Assembly: GCA_964016885.1 (NCBI GenBank)
Contig: OZ024741.1
Location: 360,158,001-360,222,000 of the forward strand
Length of the DNA stretch: 64,000 nt
Reading direction: 5' to 3'
DNA from: Eledone cirrhosa
Lineage: Eukaryota
The translations under genes and the position numbers were made by a program. Position 1 is the stretch's first letter; every line of letters starts with the position of its first letter. The notes below the pieces were generated by a model that did not search any database, was not told the DNA's origin, and saw only the letters and a list, made by a program, of their open reading frames with translations. Positions 14,101 to 30,200 of the stretch are shown here, one piece after another.

Positions 14101-15520
14101 AGTATCAGCTAAGACAATCTAGCTAGTACCTGTGTTAAGTACATGTCTAACTCCTTCATTACTATGTTTCTAATGAAATACATTGCCTATGATTTTACAA
14201 ATCATTTTCAAAACAAACCAAAATTTGAAGGGATTTTGTATTATAACTTCATTATTAAACTAGTGTTTGAAGCGTAACTTAAATATTCTTACATAAAATT
14301 ATAATTGTTTCTACATTTGGCACAAGGCCAGCAATTACTCAGTGCATTACTGGTACTTTATTTTATCGACCCCGTAAGGATGAAAGACAAAGTTAACCTC
14401 GGCGAGATTGTTACATAAAATTATAATGGAAGGTTTTTAGATAAATATAAAAAATGTAAAGCAAACAGTTTTGTATAATAAAACCAAGAAACAGTTTCAG
14501 GCAGCTCAGTATCAAGAGTTAATGTTTACATTCCATTTGTAAAAATAGAACTAATCGGATACATTCCAGTATTTGGCCTCAAATATAATGGAACAGTTGT
14601 ACTCAGTCTCAGGGTGTCCCAAAAACTATATACACACTTCAACAGCAGATAACTCAAAATGTATATATATATATATATATTTTTGGGACACCTTATATAT
14701 GTTGAACAACTATATATCTTCCTTGGTAGTTATCTTATACTCATAGAAGATATGCAATTCAGTTTGAAATTTAAAATTAAACTATTTAAGAAAATCCTGT
14801 AACATCAAGAGGCACAGGCATGGCTGTGTGGTTAAAAGGTTCCCATCACAACCACATGGTTTCAGATTCAGTCCCACTGTGTGGCACATTAAGAAAGTGT
14901 CTTTTACTATAGCCTCAGGTTGACTAATGCTTTGTCAGTAAAATTTGAAAGAGAAACTTCATAAGTGTCATGTGTATATATATGTGTACGTATTTACACA
15001 CAAATGTACGTGTATGTGTTTATAATAGTTTCTCAGTCAGCGTTTATGTAGGTGTAGGTGTATGTGTTTATGTTTCATAACTCAGTGGCTCTACAAAGAG
15101 ATTGATAAAATAAGTACTGAGGCCAATATGATTGACTAAAACCATTTAATGTGATGCCCTAACAGTTTAATGGCTGAAATAAGCAAAAGATTATAGGAAT
15201 CAAATCAGGTTGCATGACATAATTTAATAGAATCATATACTATGGGTGACATGATAGACATCAGAAATGTTTCTGACAGAAGATAAGAAAAAATTCTTTT
15301 TAAATGGAGAGAGAGAGAGGAAAAGGAGAGAGTGAGAGAGAACATCTATCAAGATGAAATACAGGGTGTCCTCAAAAATGCATTCGCACTTCAACAGCAT
15401 TTTAATAAAAGAGTGTATACATTTTTTGGGACACCCTGTATATAAAGAAAAACATACCAAACAACACCTATCAATTTAAAAACAACAAACATGTGCATGT
15501 ATATAATATATACATATAGA

Positions 15521-15596
<76 letters not shown>

Positions 15597-15956
15597 GGAC
15601 AGGCAGACTATGATCCCAGGGCCACATGCAGTCACAAATGTTTTTGCATGGTAATGTCAATTCGTGTAGTTACAAGTTACAGATATTCTCATATAGAATA
15701 TCTGTGCCTAAAAGACACAAATTTACATTGTCTTGCATATATGTACAAGAATGTAGAATCCTGGCTGCCACCAACTTTAATTTATTTAGTAACCCTCAGG
15801 GTCTCATTGAATGTAGCCTGCTTGGGATGTTATGGCTATACCATGTTGCCTTGCGGAGAAAAGTTTGCCCATCCTTTATAATTATGGGATTATATAAGAA
15901 GATAAAAGACCTACTTTGGTCATGAATAACCATGGATTTTGTACCTTGAAAGTGCC

Positions 15957-15997
<41 letters not shown>

Positions 15998-17399
15998 TGA
16001 GAGGGGGGGGGGAGTAATTAACTTGTGTCAATTTTTAAACCAATAAAATGGTTATAGATAAAAAGAATGAATTATTTATTATTATGAAGAAAGATGTGAA
16101 ATAATTGCACTAATAATATAACAGTCAAAACACTGAGGCCACTTAACCCTTTCATTTCAATATTTCAAATAAAAGTAATTAACTATTTGCAGTGACTTAT
16201 ATAGCTTGCCCATTATTAAGTTGGTGTTTTGAACAAGGGTACTAAAATAAAATTACGATGAAAGGTTTTAGATAATAAACACTTTAAAATAAACAGTTTT
16301 GTATCACAAAAACAAGAAATAATATCAAAAAGATTAATGCAAAGAAATTTCAAGTACTATCAAAATCTTAGTATCACATTAAAAAATTGTATGTATGTAC
16401 GTGTGTGATTAGATCTTTTTTTGTGAGGACAGTCAAATGTAATTTTATTACTTTCAATATTACCAGATGATACCACCCATATCTAAAATAAACTACTACT
16501 TCAGTTAAAACCATGCCTGGTGCCACCTTATGTTCAGCTAAGAGCACAGAGCTATATTCATGTGCTGCCAGCAAATAGAGCCTCCACCAATGACAATTTT
16601 AACCATTCAAACAACTCACCACATTTTAGCCATTTTACATGTTACCCACAAAATATAAGACAGCCAAAGAGAGAGAGAGAGAGAGAGAAAGAGCCAGAAC
16701 TTTACCAAAACACCAAAAGTCTATAGAACAAATACACCTACAGGTTGAACTTACCACCAAATTCAACACAGAGGCTTGAATAGTTGACAGTCTATATTCA
16801 TTCTGAGAATTTTTTAATAAATGAAAAACATTATGACAAAGATAAGAAAATAATTGACAGAAACAGATTCTTTAATGTATACAACTATTTCCTAGTAATA
16901 TTTATTCAATTTTGAGCTAAGCTATTTTCTTAAAATTCAAGTCAATTTATTTGGGTGAACTGAAGTAACATCAAAAAATGTTGAAAGAGAAAAACTAAAC
17001 TGATATTTTAAAACGTGTGTGTGTGTGCATGCGTCATTGTTTTTGAGCGATGTAATTTGCACAAGGTCAGCTTTTATAATCTCATCCTAGGTCTTCCTAC
17101 TCCATAGCTTCTGTTAACTTTGATCACCCTGCACCTTTTTATACAGTTGTCATCCTTCATATGCATCACATGACCATACTAATGTAATCTCCTCCCTAGC
17201 ATACTGCTTCTGATCCCCCTTTTGCCCAATTTCTAGCTCAGTTCATTTATGCTTTGCCATTCATGTATCATATATTACTATTACACATCCATCGAAGTAT
17301 GCAGGCTTCATTTCTTTCCAATATTCTCAGGTCTTCTGCACACTGTTCAGGTCTCATTACCATATAACATTGCTGTTTGTATACATGCATCATACAATC

Positions 17400-17430
<31 letters not shown>

Positions 17431-20400
17431 GATAGATATATACACACATATATTCTCTTATGGTCATGTCTAAAATGCATGATGGAATACTATAGTACAA
17501 ATCTCAAGTTCGTGAGACAAACTGATGAGAATGATGTCTACAAACAGGCTAAACAATTATTAAAGGCTTAAAGGCATTAAAATGTCATGTTTATACAACT
17601 CAGATTATTCTGGAAAAATCTATATATAAATTTGAGTGATTTCTGTCTGTCACACAATGTGTGTGTGCTTGTGTGAATGTATGTTTGTGTAAATGTGTGT
17701 GTGTGTGTGTGTTTGTGTGAATGTATGTGTATATCTGTGAGTGTGTATTTTTGTGTGTCTGTTTGCGTGTTTATATTTATATACTCATACATATAAATGT
17801 ATGCATATGCACATACACACATACGCATCAGCATGTTAAAAAAAATACTATTATTATAAAAGGCAGAATATTTTGTGTTATCTAAAGCAATGTAATGGAC
17901 AACCATTTGAAAATGTAAAATGAACACAGTAAATATAGAAGTATTCTGTTGCAACAGAACACTTTTCCATTCATGTTAACCAAACTGGAAAATAATTTTA
18001 GTTTAATGCAAAAGGAATAGAATGGCTTAAAATGTATGTGTAGAAATAGCCATTGTATTCAGAATCAGAATGAACCTCTGTTGCTTACGACAATGAGTGT
18101 GCCAGTTGTTTGCTCAATGAAACAGCCTACACATGAAATTAATGTGCAAGTGACTCAGCATTCTCCAGACACACATACTCTTAACATAATTCTCAGAAAG
18201 ATTCAGAGTGTGTGTGATAAGGCCGGCTCTTTGAGTTCCAGGTACAGCCAAGCTGACAGGCTTCCAAATAGTTTCTGTCTACCAGATGTCACTCAGAAGG
18301 TATGGGTTGACTCGAGGCTAAGGTAAACGACATGCCATGTAGTGGGATTGAAACTGGGATCTTATGATTGCAAAGCAAACTTAACTATTTGACCATGCTC
18401 AGTTGCTTGCTTATTAATTTCATGATGAAACTGTTCCATTGATTGAGCAACTGGAACATCATTGTCTGAAGCAACAGGCGTCTAATGTATTCTGGGGTCT
18501 TTAGTTGTTGAAAGTATGTTGAAAGTGACTAGCTTGCCATGTCCTTATTGAAATATGATCTCAAGCTCTCTGTTCAGAAAAGCAATACAAGACTTATGAA
18601 GTATCTAATTTGTGTATGGGTGATATTTGGGTACCAGATTAAAGAGAAGTGGTGGGTAGTATCATCTATATCGGAATATAAGTTGAGAGGAATAATTTCA
18701 AGCAGATTGATAATATAGAGAAGGAAGTGTGTCAGGGCCATTACTAAATCAAGGGATACACAAGACTTACATATAAGTTAGGTGGGCTGCAGCACAGAGT
18801 CACATAATCCAGGGGGTCCTGTCCTTGTTTTAAATATTTATTAAACACATTTTTGTCAACATTTAAAATATACCAAATATGCCGGCATACAGTTCGACAT
18901 TTGGAGCCTAAAAATATCTCTCCAAAACCAGGGGTCGACTTGTCTGTCGAATATAAAATGTGAACCCATTACCACTGAGGAGTAAACTGTGAAACTGCCT
19001 GCCTAACACTCATTGTACACCACTTACCATAACTCTAGCAGCCCACCACAATTATTTCCTACTGAATATCATATTTATTAAATCTATTTAACAGAGATTA
19101 TAATAATATCAATGACTTGCCATAGCTCATAGGGTAGGTTGCCATAATTCGTGGTTTACTCAGCGAGTTAGAACTCACTTGTGACTGAAGTGTTTTAGAA
19201 GAAGTGTCAGTCTTATCTTTTGGGGGTCGTCTTAACCGGCGAATATAGGCCTAAACCTGAATTACACATCAGAATTTTCGGGGTCGACCTATGCACCATA
19301 TCAACGTGTATGCCGGCATAGACGGTAATCGTTATTAAATAGATTTCTTTTTCTTTGAGTGTCACCTCTGTTTTAAAGGTCAGTATGGATCAATGCTGGA
19401 ATCTATGTATCATTCTAAGTGTTGACCTACATTAGTGTACTTTTAATTTTTATTATGGTTCTTTTAAGGTCACTTGGAAACCAAAATATTCTTTAACCCA
19501 AGGCCTCTAGTTGTTTTACCCCACCTTGTCCATCACCCTATGCAACAATGGTGCAGTCTGACAGGAAACTTTCAACCCTTTTTTATGGCTAACTTATTAA
19601 AAACATCTTGTTCCATCTTTGCTATCTTAATTTTTAAACATCCTAATTGAAGCCCACTATTCTAACTTTTGAACCTCTGAGGTTTGTTGGTTAGTCCTGC
19701 AGACAACAAGACTGTCAACATATGAAACCTCACGAATATATCCAGTGCTAAACTTTTCGTCATGGTCTCAATGACTAGAAATTGGTTGAGGAAAGGATCT
19801 CATTATGTCAACTGCCAATCTTTACCCTAATTTGTTTGAACAGCTCTCATAAACCACTTTGCCTATACACGCTTACATTTAGAAACACATAAATTAGAAT
19901 ATCTCAGTAAACAGATGCTGAAGGGTTTGATATAAAGTGAACATACCTTTCCTTGAGTCTTCCACATAATTTCTTTCTCAATGTCTGTTGGTGTGTTGGC
20001 ATTGGACAAGGAAGAACCAGGTTCATCAGCCAGATCATCATCATCACCATCATCATTACCATGAATGTCAGGAGAATCAACTGAATGTGTGTGAAATATA
20101 GGGAAGAGAGGGAGCGAGGTCAAACAAGAATTTAAATGACGATGATGACATTGTGGAATACAGGATATGTATTTTTGTTATATCTAATAAGAAAAATAAT
20201 TTGGATCTAAATCCACTTAGTAGATAGTACAGATGGCTGAATGGATAATGTAGCAGATATGTAAGAGGTCAAAGGTATGTATTCTATACTTGGCTCTGTG
20301 TTGAGTCAATGTGAAACCTATAACTAGCAAATGACAGAATCCACCTAACTGAAAATAGTTATCACAGAGCAGAAAGAATAACTTGACATTCCCATTCCAA

Positions 20401-23400
20401 ATAGAGGCAACACTTGATTTGATGAGAAATAAGCTCCCTGCAATAGCCCAGCTTATCCACTTAACACTACCCCCCCCCCCAAAAAAAAAACCCAGCTAAA
20501 GCACAAATGTCTTCGATAGTTAGGATGACCAATGCTTTGTAAGTAAAAGTTGGTAGATGGAACTGTGTGTGTGTGTGTGTGTCCATCTGTCCGACCATGT
20601 AAAACAGATCAATGAAATAAGTACCAGACTTATAAGTACTGGAATTAATATGATCGAACAAACCCTTGAAGGTGGTGCCCCAACATAGCCACAGTCCAAT
20701 ATCAGTAAGATAGTTTTAAATAAATTTGACCTTGATGATAATAATGATTTCTACGATAGGCACAAGGCTAGCAATTTTGGGGGAAGGGAAAGTTGATTAA
20801 ATCAACCCCACTGCTTAGGTTCTTTATTTTATCAACTATGTAAGGATGAAAGGCAAAGCTAACCTCGACAAGATTCGAACTCAGAACGTAAAAGGCCACA
20901 ACTCTATGCTGCAAAGCATGGTGTCTAATTCTCTACTGATACTGCCAATCCACTGCCCTCTTGATAATACTTCTAAGCCCAAACTAAACATTAGCACTTG
21001 CAAATCCTTAAAATATAGTCTTCCCACAGACCTCACCAACTATTCATATATAAACATCACACTGACCTCACCAACTATTCATGTATAAACATCACACTGA
21101 CCTCACCAACTATTCATATATAAACATCACACTGACCTCACCAACTATTCATATATAAACATCCCACTGACCTCACCAACTATTCATATATAAACATCAC
21201 ACTGACCTCACCAATTATTCATGTATAAACATCACACAGACCTCACCAACTATTCATATATAAACATCACACTGACCTCACCAACTATTCATATATAAAC
21301 ATCCCACTGACCTCACCAACTATTCATATATAAACATCACACAGACCTCACCAACTATTCATATATAAACATCACACTGACCTCACCAACTATTCATATA
21401 TAAACATCCCACAGACCTCACCAACTATTCATATATAAACATCACACTGACCTCACCAACTATTCATATATAAACATCACACTGACCTCACCAACTATTC
21501 ATGTATAAACATCCCACTGACCTCACCAACTATTCATATATAAACATCCCACTGACCTCACCAACTATTCATATATAAACATCCCACTGACCTCACCAAC
21601 TATTCATATATAAACATCACACTGACCTTACCAACTATTCATATATAAACATCCCACTGACCTCACCAACTATTCATATATAAACATCCCACTGACCTCA
21701 CCAACTATTCATATATAAACATCCCACTGACCTCACCAACTATTCATATATAAACATCACACTGACCTCACCAACTATTCATATATAAACATCCCACTGA
21801 CCTCACCAACTATTCATATATAAACATCACACTGACCTCACCAACTATTCATATATAAACATCACACTGACCTCACCAACTATTCATATATAAACATCAC
21901 ACTGACCTCACCAACTATTCATATATAAACATCACACTGACATCATCAACCATTCATATATTGATATATAAACATCACACTGACCTCACCAACTATTCAT
22001 ATATTGATATATAAACATCACACCGACCTCACCAACTATTCATATATAAACATCCCACTGACCTCACCAACTATTCATATATAAACATCACACTGACCTC
22101 ACCAACTATTCATATATAAACATCACACTGACATCATCAACCATTCATATATAAACATCACACTGACCTTACCAACTATTCATATATAAACATCCCACAG
22201 ACCTCACTAACTATTCATATATAAACATCACACTGACATCATCAACCATTCATATATTGATATATAAACATCACACAGACCTCACCAACTATTCATATAT
22301 AAACATCACACTGACATCATCAACCATTCATATATTGATATATAAACATCTCACTGATCTCTAGTGTCAGAATTTTTTTAATTTTTTTTAATAGATAACT
22401 GGTATGTTTGGGGTACCCAAGTAGTTCTTAAGCTTGATGGTGGAATTTGTTTTCACTATTGTTTTTGATGTTTTGAACGATTATAGCCCTCAAAACCATT
22501 GAAAATTATTTGTTTCTTTTTGAAGTCACCTGGTGGACGAGTGGGTTCCATAAACATCTTACTAGTCATGATAAAAACAAGTTATTCAGAAATAATACAT
22601 CATCATCATCATCATCGTTTAACGTCCGTGTTCCACGCTTGCATATAGATAAAAACAACAAAAACAACAGCATACAAGTTCCCTTTATTAATAAACAGAG
22701 GTGTGCTAGCAGATTTGTCTAGAGTTATATAACAAATTAGAAATTAGATGTGAATGAATAAGCCAAAAAGAATGAGATGGGGTAACATTTCTGATATATA
22801 AAGAAAAATGAAGCAATTGTTTACTTACTTGGTGTGTTTGACAAGCTGTGTCTATTGGTATTTGGTATGTATATAGACCTACTAGAATGTCCAAAGACTT
22901 GGAAGTTACTGCATGGGACAGAGAAAAAGGAAAGTATACATTAACATTAAATCAACACACACACATATATATGGTCACAGCTAAAGATACAGTGAGACTC
23001 ATCATCATTTGATGTTTGTTTTCCCTGCTAGCAAGAGTTACACAAAGTGTATATGGGTGGGTCCATAAACACCTTTATTCTGAATCAGGTTGTGTTATTG
23101 CTGTTGCTAATATATACACATTTAGTGGATATATTAAAACATTGATTGTTGAAGTAGTGGCTTGCGACAAAACTTGTCAGCATAGTAGCTTAGTTAAATA
23201 ATGTAAATACTAAAACTGGTTGGTCAATGAGCAATAACCCCCAAATCCACCATTGCTTTCCTTTCAATTAAATATAACCACCCTTTGCTCTTTTTTTGGC
23301 TTCAATCCAAACTCCAGCTGCAATGCTACAGTACATAGTCTACCCCCCCCCCCCTCCCCCCCAACTCCATAACTACCCTCCTAACACCCCATGTCGAACA

Positions 23401-26400
23401 TGGTCAATTGTTCTTCAGAAAAGCACATTCAGTGTGGGAATTCCCCTACCACCACCACCACCACATGTAGTAGCAGTAGCATTAATGTAACAGCTTCAGG
23501 ATAAATACGAGTAAGCAGTTTTTATATTACCTCACTACTCCAAAAATTATATTAACTATTCATATAATCAATCTTAACAGACCGGCGTTTCTAATTTAAC
23601 AATTCAAAATTTGTTAGAGGACAATGTAACTATTGATGATGCAAAAGTCCGGTTATGCATATCTGTCATGTAAGGTTAAAATTATATAATGTTTATAATT
23701 TAGATAAAGAAATCAATAAGAGCAGTGACTGTTGATGTTTACATCTAAAACGTTTTGAGGAAAGCCAAGACATTCATGGCATTATAACGGGGGATATTAA
23801 GGCTAAGGAATAGGCAACATTGTCATTAGAAAATTAATAAGATAGCAGTTTAAATTCTGTTTATATTTGCTTAAGTATAGTAAATGGAAGAAAAACACGA
23901 TTCGGCAAAAGTAAAGACATATATACAAAAATAATTGTTTCTACTTTTGGCACAAGGCCAGCAATTACTCAGTGCATTACTGGTACTTTATTTTATCGAC
24001 CCCGTAAGGATGAAGGGCAAAGTTAACCTCGACGGGATTTGAACTCAGAAGATAAAGGGACGTAACTATGCTGGAATGCATGGCATCCGATCTTCTACCG
24101 ATACTGCCAATCCACCGCATAATGAGTAAAAAAAATACGTGCATTTCTTACAAATACTTATCAAAGGGAAATAATTCGGGAAATTTCAGTAAATATATAT
24201 TAAAAAAAAATGTTCTTCGCCTATACATTAATTAGAGGGTTGTGGGGGCAGAGACTACAAACACTCCTTCCAGCAGTTCCCGTCTCCAACTGAATCTCCA
24301 AGTGAGACCAGCCAAGCACACGCCGGTTGGTTTCGCTCGTAAAATCTATCCAGCGATTCTTTCCCCCGAGACATTCTAACCACATGTCTATAGTATCAGA
24401 GATGTGATCTCTCAATCCACAGAAGTAGTGCCTCTACCTGAAGTGACTCTCTAATCTCCAAGTTATGCACTATCGAGTAACGTTCCCCCAAAGACCCTTT
24501 GGAGGAATCCCATTTCAGCCACTTATATTCTTTTAATCATTACCCGAGATTCATGATCATAGGTAAGAGTTGGCAAGAATACCAAATCGAAGATAACAAG
24601 TCTGGCTTTTACACCTACCTCCCTTCTTCTGATTACCAAATGCTGAAGCTGGCTAATTACTGCACCACCAGCTGCAATTCTTGCATTTAATTCAGCCTCC
24701 TGCCTGCCATCACTCGTGAACACAACCCCAAGATACTTGAACTTCTTCACCTGCTTCAGTACAACCCCATTCACATATATAGTGTACTGTGCAGGCTTCC
24801 TTGGCAGGATACGTGATTCAGCATCAAACCTATCAAGTGCAAGTCGGAGATCACTTTCTGTCGAGTTAAGTATCACCATGTTGTCTGCAAACTCCAGCCG
24901 ACTGATTGTACACTTGCCAGTTGTGACAACTCTTCCAACCTGCTGAGCATGTCAATCCTGTTCATGTAAATAATGAACAGGAGAGGTGACAGTACGCATC
25001 CTTAGTGGAGTCGGATTCCCATATAGAAAGGTTTTGATTTAGTGTAATTTATCTGAACACAAATACTCGGGCATTCGTATAGAGACATCAGACAAGCAAG
25101 AAGCTGACCATTGAAAGTTCTGCAGGAGTATGGAATAATGAGGGAAATAATTTAAGTATACCTAGGGCATAAATTTAGACAAGATAAAAATTCTGAATAA
25201 ATTGAAATTTCCTTCTTAGAAAAAGAAAGTAAAAACCTGAAATTAATGGTGCTTACGATGAAAAGAAAAACTAATTTCAAGAAATTAAGCAGCAATTCGA
25301 TTTGATCATAAGGGAAACAACTCTCAGAGTATGTTATCAAAATATTCAACCAAAATTTAACTTCAAATACCAAGAATTAGGTTTAGTTTCAAAACTGACT
25401 TACTGACTTTTCAAAGTCAATGAAAATAGCTTTCCCCTTTTAACATGTGTTTTTCCATACTGGCATGGGTTGGCGGGTTATCGCAGACAAAGCTCTTTAT
25501 GGTCCACATCTCGTTTACATACATTCCAATTACTATTTGGCATATAAATCACATCACCCTAACCTATCCAAATCAATATAAAACAAGTCGTTTTCTTACC
25601 TGGGCACATTTTCAGGAGATTCCAAGTCATTACTATTTGGCATATAAATCACATCACTGTTATCACTAGCACTATCTATGTCATCTATTTCATCAAAGCT
25701 TAAATTGTCACCATCTTTCTCACTGTTTGAGTCATTTGTCCCACCAGAAGTCATTGATTTAGATTCAATAGTTTTCTACAAATAGAATTAATAATCAATA
25801 ACGAAACAGTTTTAGAATGGAAAAATATAAACGTTCTAAACATGATATCTAAACATGATATATAAAGAATTGCCACTATTTTACACAAGACTTCCCTAAA
25901 CATGGTCTAGGTCAGAGATCTATCTGGTCACAAAAATCTACCATCCTACATGCATCCTATGAGGGCATCAAATTTACACAAGCTGAAATTTTTTTTATCA
26001 CTTTTGCTTTCACCGAATCCTTCATGAATTTTGTGCCAAACTTTGAAATCCATCTTTATAGCAAAATCAATTTTCTTCAACAACCTCTACTCAAAAGGTG
26101 TCTCTGTTGGTTTGGTGACACATGAGGTTAACACATTCTCAATGGAGTTGCACCAGAACCCTTTCCCTGATGGCTTAAACAGTGGGCTGCACAGTTGGAA
26201 ACATGGATTGACAAGATCAAGTCAGATCTTGAGCTAATATACAGTCCTCACATATATGGTGTCCACCGTTAAAATCATGACTGATTGACAATATCTGCAT
26301 TAGACTTCTGTGATTGCCATGCATAGGCAGTCTGTTTGCAAGGCTGTGGATTCAATGGTTGAAGTTTGCTGAACCCAACCTGGGTGAACACCAACACAAA

Positions 26401-27241
26401 TATACAAACTAAATAAGTGTTATGAACCCAAGTAATAGGAGCTACTCCACTTAACACAGTAGTAAATGGACATTTTGTTACATTTTATGATAGATTTGGC
26501 TAGTTTTAGTGGTGGCTGTCTTTCCTGTTGACAACCATTAAGTAGACTATATATTTATATTAACGGAGGCACATGGCTTAGTGGTTAGAGCATTGGCCTT
26601 GAAATCGAAAGGTTGTGAGTTCAATTCTCAGACCGGGTGATGTGTTGTATCCTTGAGCAAGACACTTTATTTCAAATTGCTCCAGTTTACTCAGCTGTAG
26701 AAATGAGATGATAGGACTGGGGTCCCTATCATTCCACTGCAAAGCGGTTGTGGAGGTGCCACAGCAAAAAAAAAGCACCCATCCCACACTGTAAAGTGGA
26801 CGTGTAGGCGCCACGGAAAAAAGCACCCAGCACTCACTGTAAATGAGGTTGGTGTTAGGAAGGGTATCCAGCTGTAGAAATCAAGCCAGAATCAGTTCCC
26901 GTCCCACCCTTGCAAGCAGGGAAAAGCGGACGTAAAATGATGATGATGATGATGATCCAGTCATATGAAAAACAATGTGAAATGATGTATCTTGCTCAAG
27001 AACAGTGTGCTACCCAGTCCAGGAATGGAAACCACAACCTTATGATCATGAGCCCAACATCCTAATCACAAGGCCATGCACCTTCACATGTTAAGTGTTA
27101 AATGTGATTCTATAAATAAGTTTTATAATATAATAAAAGCTAGATTACCAGAGAAGGTTTAAAATCCTCGTCATCATCATCTTCAATATCAGCACCATCT
27201 GTTTGATCATCAATGCTAATGATAGAATTGTTCTGGAAACA

Positions 27242-27278
<37 letters not shown>

Positions 27279-30200
27279 CTTAGCAATATTTAAAGAAGTC
27301 AATGATTTCTTAATTATTCCAAATTAACCAACTCATATACACTTTCTAACACACACATACAAGGAAAGCTACATTAAATTCAGTTAATGATTAAGAGAAA
27401 ATATCTAAAAACCAGGTTTGTTAATTCAAATGTTTATAGTATCTCTACTAGTGGAGAGATCACTGTGAGATTAATTTTAAACGTGATGCAATCAGAAAGC
27501 TATTTTGTACTTTTCAAGAATGTTTTGATAATCTGGTTTCATGCAGTACAGAAAGTTAAGAGTTAAATACATATGTGAGGTAGACTGACGGATGTGTGTC
27601 TTTAGTAAACACACATTTTAAACTTCAACGTGTGTAGTGCTTCTACTGATTAACTCTTATCACCCTGTATCACATGAAATCACAAAACAGCACTATATCT
27701 CAACAACTCATTAAAAATTAATGTTTTTAATACTGAAAACATTGAGCTAAAACAGACACTGCAAAACATCCTGTCTGACTCTCTAACAATTCTGCCAATC
27801 CACAATCTCTGGAGTGGTACTTTATCAAAGCTGAAAGGATGAAAGGCAAAGTTGACCTCAGTGCAGCATTTTAAATCAGAATGCAGACAGCCAGAATAAA
27901 TACTGCAAAGCATTTAATCTGTTGCTCTAAAAACTCTGCCAATTCACCAGCATTGATTTTAGAGTTTAAAAATCAATCAGAAAAGTAAATATATAAAAGC
28001 AAGAAACAAGAATTTCATCAAATTATGACAATGATAGCAGTAATACATGACACAAAGCAAAAAACAAAAAGGAAAACTAAAACGAAAAACAAAAAAGTTT
28101 CAATACAAAGCTTATATTAGCTTTCAGTCCAATGGCTTCAGTTAGTAAAATAAGATATGACACTAGTGGATTCATGCCATCAATAATGATGGAAAGTGCA
28201 TTGAACATATTTAATTTTTGGAGTCTAGGATTGGTATGCTATACATGCCAGGATTAATGGATATATGAACAAACTGGTAAATTTGTACTTGATAAATTAA
28301 ATTAATGGTTTGCATGATTGAAACCCTAGAATTGGTTTACTGACACATTGAAGTGATTAAAGATAATGATTTTTTAATAATTTATTTCTAGGCTATAATT
28401 AAATAAATGTTCAGCATATATGTACAAATGACAACATATAGGATTAAATGTATAAGTAATTTTGGAGAAATAACTATTTACAGGGACAAATGTAGGGTGA
28501 GAATATAGGACCTTATGATTGGAAGGTGAACTTCTTATTGTAGCAACATGACTGAGGTAGGAAATGCATTGTATGAATATGTGTGTATTTTAAAGAGTTA
28601 CAGACAGGGATATATACAAACACACATGTATTATTGTGGCTGGTTCAAAATCTCAGCAGGCATGGCTGTGAGGTTAAAAAGTTCACTTCACATCTATATG
28701 GTCTCATGTTCTATCCCACCTTGGTCAAGTATCTTCAACTATAGTCTCAGGCTGACCAATGCACCGGGTGAACTTGGTAGACAGAAACTGTATGAAGCCA
28801 GCCATATATCATCATCAGTTTTACGCTGTTTTTTTTTCCTGTGCTGGTCTTGGCTGTACAAGGCTTTTTAAGGTGTAATTCTACAGCTGGGTGTCTTTTC
28901 TAGTGCCAATTCACACATTAAAAAAAAAGAAGATCACATATTTAACTGCTGAGCAGTGGAACCTCCATTTACAATGAATGTAAACAATATTACTAAAGTC
29001 TTCCAAATACTTGATTATTTTCAAAATCATTTGAAAATAATAGACAGCATCTTTCATTAGAAATAAGATAATGAAAGGGTTAAGATTTTGCATGAATGAA
29101 GATGGCAAACAACGTCACTCTCTGAGCGAGTCATTTTTGTCATTTTACTACTCAAGGTCAAAATTGTATGTTAATTTTTGCATTTTGCAAAAATATTGTT
29201 AAAAATAAAATAAAATAGACATTTTGATCAACATTATTTACTGTGTCCAGATCTATGCTTCACAAAATAAAGTAAATTATAGCAATACATTTTTGGCACA
29301 GAAGGATTATGAGGTAAAAGGTGTAACGGAGCTTCATCAACTAAACTAAACCATAGCAGTAGATCTTTGGCACACAAGGTGTGGTAGGTAAAATACACAC
29401 CAGTGTGTTTTTAGTACTCACAGAGTTAATACCAAATTAAGAGAAATTACTTCTGATAGGCATAAGGCTGCTTAATGATAAAATATATTCAATGACAATA
29501 TCTATTACTATCTATTGTAACAGGTGAACCTATAAAGCTGCAACTAATCCTAGAGACATATGAAGCTAAATTTAATCCCTTCTTCTCCCTCTTATTCCTG
29601 AGAGAGTCGTGAGGGCAGTGTTCTCAAACACTCCTTCCAGCGAGTCCTGTCAGAAGCAACCATCTCCAATTGATCCGGCTGGATCCCCAAGTGAGATCAG
29701 CCAAGCTCATGGATGTTATCCGACCATTTTGCTAGGGGTCTACTCCTGGGTCTCCTGCCAGTTGATTTTGCCCACAAGATGTGTGACCAGTGATTCTTTC
29801 CCCGAGACATTCTAACCACATGCCTGTAATATCAGCACTGTGATCCCTCAATTTGGAGAAGTAGCACCTCTACATGGAGTTTATCTCTGATCTCCAAGCT
29901 ATGCACTCTATTGAGTAACATTATTCCAAAGACCATTTGGAGAGACCCCATTGTGGCTGCTTGTAAAATTTAATCCCAAATTGTGTAAATGACAAGATTT
30001 ATACCCCACTGTAGGTTTTGATATTAAAAACTGACGTTGAACCCAAAAGCATTACTTTCAATTTAAAAAAAGAAAATGACAAAATATCCTTTATCCAGCC
30101 CCATCATTTGGCAATGATGATATTAATACCAAAAGTTAATGTCTATCCCAAGTTGGAGGCTCATCAGGCCAGAGTTAATTCCAGTTTCATTGGCATTAAA

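Noticed and set aside
21024-22358. CRISPR-like array (35-bp periodicity)
   Set aside because: Units are contiguous with no unique spacers, there are no cas genes, and the context is a eukaryotic intron. It is a minisatellite.
26565-26640. tRNA gene (also at 44750)
   Set aside because: The A/B boxes run straight into a 300-bp repeat body with a GAT tail. It is a SINE head, with no convincing cloverleaf or terminator.
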